DNA of 32,000 nt from Halomicrobium mukohataei DSM 12286 (GCF_000023965.1 NC_013202.1:2220001-2252000), one strand, 5' to 3'. Numbered from the stretch's first letter, positions 9,148-15,670 are shown. The notes: a model not told the origin generated them from the sequence alone. Translations and numbers: made by a program.

Positions 9148-9315
9148 ACTGTCGCGGCCATCGAACGTCGATGCAGACCCGACCGCACGACGGCAGTGCG
9201 ATCGGTGTGTGAATCCGTTCATACGGAACGTTGTAGTTGCTTACCGGTGAGCGTCGCCACGGGGTAGACGCTCACCGGTAAATTCCTACAACCGTCCGTA
9301 TCAATCGCTACTGTA
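9148..9315. mobile_element. type A palindromic element, second copy, inverted relative to 3073-3156, diverged and interrupted by the type B element
   Basis: 9184-9210 is the exact reverse complement of 3096-3122 (27 nt). 9171-9210 versus 3096-3135 matches at 38/40. Weaker similarity continues to about 9148, and across the insertion to 9304-9315. Confidence 0.6.
9219..9303. mobile_element. type B palindromic element, copy 1 (79-nt palindrome 9222-9300 flanked by TCA...TCA, which is TGA on the cysK strand)
   Basis: TCA TACGGAACGTTGTAGTTGCTTACCGGTGAGCGTC GCCACGGGGTA GACGCTCACCGGTAAATTCCTACAACCGTCCGTA TCA. The right-hand TCA (9301-9303) is the cysK stop codon. Confidence 0.75.
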
Positions 9316-10227
9316 CTCGTCGAACATCCCCGTCGACATGTAGCGCTCGCCGCTGTCCCAGTAGACGGTCACGACGAGCGGGTCCGCGACGCCCTCGTCG
9401 AGCAACTCGGCGGCCTTCTCTCTGGCGGCGAGGTTCGACGCCCCGGAGGACTGGCCCACGAGGATCCCCTCCTCGCGCGCCAGCCGTCGGCACTCGGCTT
9501 CGGCGTCGGCGAGTTCGACCGTCGTCACCGAATCGAGCAGCTCCACGTCGAGGTTCGGGCTGACGAAGCCCGGCCCCATCCCCTGGAAGCTGTCCTCGCC
9601 GGTCCCGGGCTCCTGGCCCGAGAGGACGGCGTTGTCGGCCGGCTCGACGCCGACGATGTCCACGTCCGGGAACGCCTCGCGGAGCCGCCGGCCGACGCCG
9701 GTGACGGTCCCGCCCGTGCCGATGCCGGCGACGAACGCGTCGATGGTCCGGTCGCCGACCTGCTCGACGATCTCCGGCCCCGTCGTCTCGTAGTGTGCCC
9801 GGGGGTTGGCCTCGTTCTCGAACTGCCGGAGCTGGACGTACCCCTCTTCGGCTTCGAGTTCGTCGGCACGGTCCTTCGCTGCGGAGATGTCGCCGTCGAC
9901 GAGTTCGATCTCCGCGCCGTAGGCTGCCATTATCTGGCGGCGCTCGGGCGACTTCGAGCCCGGCATCACGAGGCGCACGTCGTACCCCTTGGCCGCGCCG
10001 GCCATCGCGAGCCCGATCCCCGTGTTGCCACTCGTCGGCTCGACGAGCGCGTCGCCCTCGGTCAGCTCGCCGGCCTCCTCGGCGGCCTCGATCATGAACC
10101 GCGCCGGTCGGTCCTTCGCGGAACCGCCGGGGTTGAACGACTCGACCTTGGCTGCGACCGTCGCTCCCTCGGGAGCCGCGACCGAGACGAGCGGCGACCC
10201 CAGCGTCTCCAGGATTGTCTCGTTCAT
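9301..10227 (-). CDS. cysK: cysteine synthase A (O-acetylserine sulfhydrylase), PLP-dependent
   Basis: SFNPGGSAKDR (PLP lysine), TSGNTGIGLA, GIGTGGT and GERYMSTGMF motifs. 308 aa. Confidence 0.93.
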   Translation of the reverse strand: MNETILETLGSPLVSVAAPEGATVAAKVESFNPGGSAKDRPARFMIEAAEEAGELTEGDALVEPTSGNTGIGLAMAGAAKGYDVRLVMPGSKSPERRQIMAAYGAEIELVDGDISAAKDRADELEAEEGYVQLRQFENEANPRAHYETTGPEIVEQVGDRTIDAFVAGIGTGGTVTGVGRRLREAFPDVDIVGVEPADNAVLSGQEPGTGEDSFQGMGPGFVSPNLDVELLDSVTTVELADAEAECRRLAREEGILVGQSSGASNLAAREKAAELLDEGVADPLVVTVYWDSGERYMSTGMFDEYSSD

Positions 10228-10250
10228 TACCGCCCTCTTGACGGTCCCCG

Positions 10251-10258
10251 GTTAAAAC
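10251..10258 (-). promoter_or_regulatory. TATA-like box for cysK (GTTTTAAC on the minus strand), 24-31 nt upstream of the ATG; implies a leaderless mRNA
   Basis: An AT-rich octamer in otherwise GC-rich spacer, at the canonical archaeal distance. Confidence 0.4.
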
Positions 10259-10299
10259 CCTCCCCGTCACCAGCATGGCGTGCCGTTACCGGTGACGAC

Positions 10300-10384
10300 T
10301 GATACGGATTATTGTAGCGATTTACCGGTGATCGTCTACTCCGTGGCGACGATCACCGGTAAGCAACTACAATAAACCGTATGA
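10300..10384. mobile_element. type B palindromic element, copy 2 (79-nt palindrome 10303-10381 flanked by TGA...TGA), inverted relative to copy 1
   Basis: TGA TACGGATTATTGTAGCGATTTACCGGTGATCGTC TACTCCGTGGC GACGATCACCGGTAAGCAACTACAATAAACCGTA TGA. Its reverse complement matches 9219-9303 at 73/85 positions. Confidence 0.75.
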
Positions 10385-10395
10385 GAGAGCGCGAG

Positions 10396-10403
10396 CGTTA
10401 AGC
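10396..10403 (+). promoter_or_regulatory. TATA-like box (CGTTAAGC) about 27 nt upstream of the thioredoxin-fold gene ATG
   Basis: Position and AT content. It lies 12 nt to the right of type B copy 2. Confidence 0.35.
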
Positions 10404-10426
10404 GACTCCGGGCGCTACTCCGGGGT

Positions 10427-10810
10427 ATGCCACTGACAACGATGGAACCCAACCCCGTCTGGTCGGAGGGTGCCTACGAGGACACCGTCGACGTGCTGGC
10501 CGAGCACCGCGACGAACTGGTCTACAAGGTCTGGGGCGGCGACTGGTGCAAGGACTGCCGCTCGCAACTGCCCGACTTCGGCGCGGCGCTAGACGCCGCC
10601 GAGGTCCCCGAAGAGAACGTCGTCCACCACGAGACCGAGAAGGAAGACGACGGCTCGAAGACCGGCCCGGGCGTCGAGGAGTACGGGATCGAGTACATCC
10701 CGACCGTGGTGGTCGAACGCGACGGCGAGGAGATCGCACGCTTCGTCGAGGACGCCGACGTTCCGATTGCCGTCTCTCTCGCCGAGGAGATCCAGGCGGC
10801 ACTCGACTGA
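10427..10810 (+). CDS. thioredoxin-fold protein (CxxC = WCKDC)
   Basis: VWGGDWCKDCRSQLP and IEYIPTVVV fit a thioredoxin-like fold. An alternative start is M6 at 10442. Confidence 0.8.
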   Translation: MPLTTMEPNPVWSEGAYEDTVDVLAEHRDELVYKVWGGDWCKDCRSQLPDFGAALDAAEVPEENVVHHETEKEDDGSKTGPGVEEYGIEYIPTVVVERDGEEIARFVEDADVPIAVSLAEEIQAALD

Positions 10811-10822
10811 TACTGCCGGCTG

Positions 10823-11476
10823 TCACTCGCTGCATCTGAGCGTTTGGACGGTCGGGAGATTCCAGCTGAAGGTAACCGCAGCCAACCGCGTTACCACAAC
10901 TACCCCCGCGCACACGCCAGCAGCAGTGCCCTCGGCCACACCGACCGTGCCCGCAAGCCAGTACGCGATGCCACCGAGGACTGCGCAACTCGCGTAGAAG
11001 TCTTCGAAGAGGATGAACGGCGGTCGGTCGAGTAAAATATCCGCAAATGCTCCGCCTCCGACGGCGTTTATCGTCCCGATAGCAACGATACCGAAGGCTG
11101 ACACGCCGGCTTCGGTGGCGACGATCGCCCCCGCCGTCGTAAATGCCGCCAAGCCGATGGCATCTGAGACGACCGTCACCGGATGCGTATCTGGCGTCGG
11201 CAGAACGATACTCAGCGTGACGGCCAGGCCAACGCCGAGCAGTCCCAGTCCGATTTCGACTGGCGACTGGAGGGCAAGCGGGATTCGGGTCACGAGTAGA
11301 TCGCGTGTCGCCCCGCCAGCAAACGCCATCGCCAATCCGACGATGGTGATGCCAAACAGGTCGAACTCTTCGCGGATCGCTTTCGAGGCCCCGACGAGTG
11401 CGAACGCCACCAGACCGATCGTGTTCATCACCGCGAACGGATCGCCGAACAGTGTCTGGAGGGCGCTCTGACCCAT
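10823..11476 (-). CDS. TRIC / UPF0126 (YadS-like) membrane channel family protein
   Basis: Two internal repeats carry the glycine motifs AGGATRDLL and VGGGAFADILL. Multi-pass hydrophobic protein of 217 aa. Confidence 0.85.
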   Translation of the reverse strand: MGQSALQTLFGDPFAVMNTIGLVAFALVGASKAIREEFDLFGITIVGLAMAFAGGATRDLLVTRIPLALQSPVEIGLGLLGVGLAVTLSIVLPTPDTHPVTVVSDAIGLAAFTTAGAIVATEAGVSAFGIVAIGTINAVGGGAFADILLDRPPFILFEDFYASCAVLGGIAYWLAGTVGVAEGTAAGVCAGVVVVTRLAAVTFSWNLPTVQTLRCSE

Positions 11477-11534
11477 TACGTTCGCCTTTGTGGGTGTCTC
11501 TCTTGAGTGCTACGTATCAGCGAACGCCACCTCG

Positions 11535-11570
11535 TACGATCGGCTGTCCATCTGTGACAGCCGGCAGTGT
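11535..11570 (-). repeat. short-form relative of the type C palindrome
   Basis: The minus strand reads ACACTGCCGGCTGTCAC agatg GACAGCCGATCGTA. ACTGCCGGCTGTCAC (revcomp of 11554-11568) is identical to 15487-15501 and 10812-10826. Confidence 0.55.
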
Positions 11571-11700
11571 TAGACCGTCCGGTTCAACTGTCCCGCAGGG
11601 GCCTGCGATCTGGAGAGTGACCCGCGCGTCGGTGGATCTGTTGCCGGCGACCATCGTCGGACGGCCGTGACGACGGTGTGGCGGATTCGGGTTGGTTTTC

Positions 11701-11982
11701 CTACTCGCTCCTCCCGGTCCGGTGCCACCAGTAGAGCACGCCGACACCGGCGAGCGCGGCGACACCGACGGCGACCAGCGCACCGGCCAGGGACCACTGG
11801 CCGAGGACGACGCCGTACAGCGCGCCGAGGCTGACGGCGGCGAGCCCGAACTGTGACAGCACCAGCGCGGCGACGAACGCCCAGAACGTCCCCCGCGAGA
11901 CCTCGCCGACGGTCGCAGCCGTCACGTCCGGCGACGCATCGTCTTCGGTCAGCAGTGAGAAGGGGTCGAGCACGTTACGCAC
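11701..11982 (-). CDS. small two-helix membrane protein, function unknown
   Basis: 93 aa with two hydrophobic stretches (FWAFVAALVLSQFGLAAVSLGALYGVV and LAGALVAVGVAALAGVGVLYWW). GC-rich third positions. Confidence 0.6.
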   Translation of the reverse strand: MRNVLDPFSLLTEDDASPDVTAATVGEVSRGTFWAFVAALVLSQFGLAAVSLGALYGVVLGQWSLAGALVAVGVAALAGVGVLYWWHRTGRSE

Positions 11983-12033
11983 CGCTCGAAGGCGGCCACG
12001 CCGACGGAGACGATCCGGAGACGGTGCGCCGTC

Positions 12034-14181
12034 TCACGCCTGCTCTGTCGCCCAGTCGAGCGCGTTCCGCAGGTGGTGTTGTGGCGGCGAACACGTGAAC
12101 TGGCGGCAGGCGTAGACGGTCGCCTCGCCGTCGCGCTCGGTCCGATCTGCCCAGATCGGTGGGACATCGTCCAGCCCCAGCACGTCGAGCCACGCGTCGA
12201 GGTCGCCGTCGCCCGGCGGCCGCCACGCGAGCAGTCGGTCCGGGAGGTACGTCTCGGCCAGCGTCGTTCGCCACTCCGCCGGGACCTCGTCGGCGACCAG
12301 CGTGAGTTCGAGGTCGCCCCGCAGATACCGGTCGGCCGCGACGACCAGCGAGGCGTGTTGCATCGGATTCGCCTCGATCTTGTTGGCGTGTGTCTCCAGG
12401 ACGCCCGCCGCGATCGTCTCGAAGCGATCGTGCGGGACGAACGCCGACAGCGAGAGCAGCGCCTGGACCGCGACGCCGGTGCTGGAGGGCGTCGACTGGT
12501 CGGTGAGCTCCTGTGGGCGGGCCACCAGCGACTCGCCGCTGGTCGGGGTGAAGTACAGCGTGCCGTCGTCCGCGTCCCAGAACTCTCGCTCGATGGCGTG
12601 GGCGAGGTCCAGAGCGAAGGCGAGGTGTTCGACTTCGCCGGTCGCCTCGAACAGCGTCAGCGCGCCGCGAGCGAGGAAGGCGTAGTCTTCGAGGTACCCG
12701 TCGATCGCCACGTCGCCGTCCTTGTAGCGCCGCGCCAGCCGTTGCTCGCTCTCGTCCCAGAGGTGTTCGCGGACGAACGCGAGGGCGTCGGCGGCCGGGT
12801 CCGGATCGACATCATCGAGGACGATCGCGCCCTCCGCGATGGCCGTGATCATCAGTCCGTTCCAGCCCGCGAGCACCTTCTCGTCGCGTGCGGGGCGTGG
12901 CCGCTCCTCGCGTGCCTCGAAGACCTGCTCGCGTGCGCTTGCCAGCGTGCGCTCGACGTCGCTCGCTTCGAGGCCGCTGGACTCGCTCAGGGCCTCGATG
13001 GAGGCGTCGACGGTCAGCACCGTCTTGCCCTCGAAGTTGCCCGACTCGGTGATCCCGAAGCGGTCACACAGCAGGTCGGCCGCCGTCTCGCTGTCCACGG
13101 CCGCGCGGACCTCATCGGGGATCCAGACGAAGTACGCGCCCTCCTCGGGCTCGGCGTCTGCGTCCTCGCGACGGCCGGCGGGTGGGACGCTCTGTGCGTC
13201 GAGCGTGCTGAAGAAGCCGCCGTCCTCGTGTGTGAGTTCGCGCTCGACGAAGGCGAACGTCTCCCGAGCGACCTCCGCGTACCGCTCGTCGCCGGTGAGC
13301 TGGTAGCCCGCGAGGTAGGCTCGCGGGAGCGTCGCGTTGTCGTAGAGCATCTTCTCGAAGTGGGGAACGACCCACTCCCGGTCCGTGCAGTAGCGGTGGA
13401 AGCCGCCGCCGACGTGGTCGAAGAGCCCGCCGTCGGCCATCGCATCGAGCGTCTCGGTGACGACCGAGCGCACGTCGTCGCGGTCCGAACGGGCGACCTC
13501 GCGCATGAGGTAGTGGAGTCGCCCCGGCTGTGGGAACTTCGGGCCGTTCCCCCAGCCGCCGTGTTCGCGGTCTGCGGCCCGAATCGCGGCGTCGACGGCC
13601 GCCTGCAGCGCCTCGTCGTCGGGCACGTCGCCCGGCTGCCCCACGTCGCCGACGTCGCTCTCGATGGCGTCGGTCCACTGCCGAGCGCGGTTGTACATCT
13701 CCTCGCGTTGCTCCGAATCGGACCACGAACCCGCGATGTCTTCGAGCAGCTGACCGAACGCCGGCATCCCGCGGCGCTCCTCGGGTGGGAAGTAGGTCCC
13801 GACGTAGAATGGTTCCCCGTCGGGAGTGAGCCACGCCGACAGCGGCCAGCCACCGCGGCCGGTCACCTGCTGACAGATGCTCATGTAGATGGCGTCGAGG
13901 TCCGGGCGCTCCTCGCGGTCGACCTTGATCGGGACGAAGTGCTCGTTGAGTAGCGTCGCCGTCTCGGGGTCGGAGAAGCTCTCGTCTTCCATGACGTGAC
14001 ACCAGTGACACGCCGAGTACCCGATCGAGAGGAAGATCGGCGCGTCGTGTTCTCTGGCGGTTTCGAGTGCCTGTTCGTCCCACGGCTGCCAGTTGACGGG
14101 GTTGTCCGCGTGCTGGCGGAGGTAGGGACTCTCCGCCTCGTCGAGGCGGTTCCGGTCCGTCGGACCCGAGTCGCTGCTCAT
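12034..14181 (-). CDS. thioredoxin-domain protein of the DUF255 / YyaL family (thioredoxin-like N-terminus plus six-hairpin domain)
   Basis: Internal ATG (M34) of track ORF 12034..14280. NRLDEAESPYLRQHADNPVNWQPW and FLSIGYSACHWCHVMEDESF are the hallmark N-terminus. 715 aa. Confidence 0.9.
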   Translation of the reverse strand: MSSDSGPTDRNRLDEAESPYLRQHADNPVNWQPWDEQALETAREHDAPIFLSIGYSACHWCHVMEDESFSDPETATLLNEHFVPIKVDREERPDLDAIYMSICQQVTGRGGWPLSAWLTPDGEPFYVGTYFPPEERRGMPAFGQLLEDIAGSWSDSEQREEMYNRARQWTDAIESDVGDVGQPGDVPDDEALQAAVDAAIRAADREHGGWGNGPKFPQPGRLHYLMREVARSDRDDVRSVVTETLDAMADGGLFDHVGGGFHRYCTDREWVVPHFEKMLYDNATLPRAYLAGYQLTGDERYAEVARETFAFVERELTHEDGGFFSTLDAQSVPPAGRREDADAEPEEGAYFVWIPDEVRAAVDSETAADLLCDRFGITESGNFEGKTVLTVDASIEALSESSGLEASDVERTLASAREQVFEAREERPRPARDEKVLAGWNGLMITAIAEGAIVLDDVDPDPAADALAFVREHLWDESEQRLARRYKDGDVAIDGYLEDYAFLARGALTLFEATGEVEHLAFALDLAHAIEREFWDADDGTLYFTPTSGESLVARPQELTDQSTPSSTGVAVQALLSLSAFVPHDRFETIAAGVLETHANKIEANPMQHASLVVAADRYLRGDLELTLVADEVPAEWRTTLAETYLPDRLLAWRPPGDGDLDAWLDVLGLDDVPPIWADRTERDGEATVYACRQFTCSPPQHHLRNALDWATEQA

Positions 14182-14294
14182 AGCCGACCGTCCGGGTGGC
14201 AGACGGGAAAGCCTGTCCGTCTCTGGGGTCGTCGATCCGCGTCCGAACGTGACCGGTGACACGATGTCTCTCGGTCGCACTGTCGCCCCACGAT

Positions 14295-14346
14295 CGGCTG
14301 TCGGTTGGCTTTCATGGCCGCTACAGTTTGGTCCGATCGATAGCCG
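14295..14346 (-). repeat. diverged relative of the type C palindrome arms
   Basis: CGGCTGTCG (14295-14303) pairs with CGATAGCCG (14338-14346) with one mismatch. CACGATCGGCTGTC (14289-14302) matches TACGATCGGCTGTC (11535-11548) at 13/14. Confidence 0.4.
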
Positions 14347-14447
14347 ACTACCTTCGATCTGGGGTCACTGAACTGACCGATTAGTGGCGGACTTACCGGC
14401 CGTACACGACCCATTACGAAATCGATACGCCGAGTAGGGTACCACCG

Positions 14448-15485
14448 ATGAGTCCAACAGACGACGCGACCGACGAGAACGGCGTCGACCGACGACGCGT
14501 GCTGAAGACGATCGGAGCGGCGACCGCGGGGCTGCTCGCCGCCAGCGGCACTGCAGCGGCACACGAGGCCCAGTTCGAGGGCTGTGATCGCGTCTGTACG
14601 GGGACGGAGGGCAGTTTCGCCGTCGTCGCCGTCGACGGGAGCTTCACCTGTCGCCCGATGACGGCGACGAGCGGCGTCGACGTGCCCTGGAGCTGGCAGA
14701 GCTACTGTTACGAGGCGTCGGCCGACGAGGCGATCGTCGGGCTGCTCGAAGAGAACGTCGTCCGGGGCGGAACTACCGATTCGAGCGGCTCGTGTAGCCT
14801 GTGTGTTAACCCCAACGACTGCGCCGCGTCGGCCTACGACAGCGTCGACGATATCGTGGCGGCCCTGGACCAGAACGACGCCTGTGGCGTGTGCGCAGGA
14901 CACGTCGAGGCAGGGGGCGACTGTACGACGTACGCGGTCGACGGCGACAGCGGCAGCGACGGCAGTGGCGGATCGGACGGCGACGACACCGATGGCGGCA
15001 GCGACGGCGGCGACGGCGATGGGAGTGACGAGACGGACGGCAGTGAGACGGGCGACGATAGCTCGGACGGAGACGACCCAGACGGCGGTGGTGTGGACGA
15101 TGGCGACGAGGACGACGGAGACGATGGCGGCGGTGACGACGGTGGTGCGGACGATGGCGACGGGAGCGATGACAATAATGACGACAATGACGACGGAGAC
15201 GATGGCGGCGGTGACGACTACGATACGAACCAGCACTACTCGGACGACCGAGAGCTCTGGCGCAGCGACCTCGTGGACGACGGCTCGGACGACGGCCCGG
15301 CGTGGGAGTGTGAGAACACGACCGAGAACCCGACCGCGATGGAGTTGTGGTACGATCGAGACGACACGCCGGTCGATCCCGCGGACAGAGAACGTTGCGG
15401 GTCGGGAACCGACGAGGACGACGGCCTGCTGACGGCGATGCAGCGGTGGCTCGCTCGCGACGACACGCCCGACAGCCTGGACTGA
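14448..15485 (+). CDS. Tat-secreted cysteine-rich protein with an Asp/Gly/Ser low-complexity tract of about 100 aa
   Basis: Tat signal DRRRVLKTIGAATAGLLAASGTAAA. 12 Cys residues, 10 of them in the first roughly 165 aa. Acidic tract from about 14940 to 15234. The C-terminal region repeats W-x-x-RDDTP. Confidence 0.8.
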   Translation: MSPTDDATDENGVDRRRVLKTIGAATAGLLAASGTAAAHEAQFEGCDRVCTGTEGSFAVVAVDGSFTCRPMTATSGVDVPWSWQSYCYEASADEAIVGLLEENVVRGGTTDSSGSCSLCVNPNDCAASAYDSVDDIVAALDQNDACGVCAGHVEAGGDCTTYAVDGDSGSDGSGGSDGDDTDGGSDGGDGDGSDETDGSETGDDSSDGDDPDGGGVDDGDEDDGDDGGGDDGGADDGDGSDDNNDDNDDGDDGGGDDYDTNQHYSDDRELWRSDLVDDGSDDGPAWECENTTENPTAMELWYDRDDTPVDPADRERCGSGTDEDDGLLTAMQRWLARDDTPDSLD

Positions 15486-15565
15486 TACTGCCGGCTGTCA
15501 CTGTGTCACGAGATTCGCGATACGGAGTCGCGACATTCGTCACAGACGGACAGCCGGTAGTATGA
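15483..15565. mobile_element. type C palindromic element (77 nt, 15486-15562) flanked by TGA...TGA; the left TGA is the stop of the Cys-rich gene
   Basis: TGA TACTGCCGGCTGTC ACTGTGTCACGAGATTCGCGA TACGGAG TCGCGACATTCGTCACAGACG GACAGCCGGTAGTA TGA. The outer 14-nt arms pair with one G:U. The inner arms pair partially. Confidence 0.7.
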
Positions 15566-15670
15566 GACGGAGTATCGTCGGTGTCCGGGAAGGCGGCCGT
15601 GAGATACGGAGCAGCCGCCGACGCGAGGGGAAAGGCAAGGTTTAGGCCCCTCCCAGTCGCCCCCTCAGGT

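Noticed and set aside
9219-10384. Integron-like gene cassette, with the palindromes acting as attC sites around cysK
   Set aside because: The ends do not fit the attC core sites (RYYYAAC / GTTRRRY). For example, GTTGTAG and CTACAAC fail at two positions. There is no integrase nearby, and the two copies are inverted rather than direct.
10826-10862. The idea that the TRIC-gene C-terminal codons derive from a degenerate right arm of a type C element, because GACGGTCGGGAGAT resembles GACAGCCGGTAGTAT
   Set aside because: The similarity is weak and gapped. This stretch encodes ...NLPTVQTL, which looks like the native end of the protein. Only the 23-nt left part is convincingly repeat-derived.
11511-11522. 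TGATACGTA on the minus strand upstream of the TRIC gene as another TGA-flanked element end
   Set aside because: The following 40 nt do not form a palindrome; only TACGT/ACGTA pair. It is more likely part of the AT-rich promoter region.
14940-15234. GAC/GGC-rich DNA as a non-coding tandem repeat or satellite
   Set aside because: It is in frame within a well-supported ORF and encodes an Asp/Gly/Ser tract. The periodicity is codon-level low complexity, not a fixed repeat unit.
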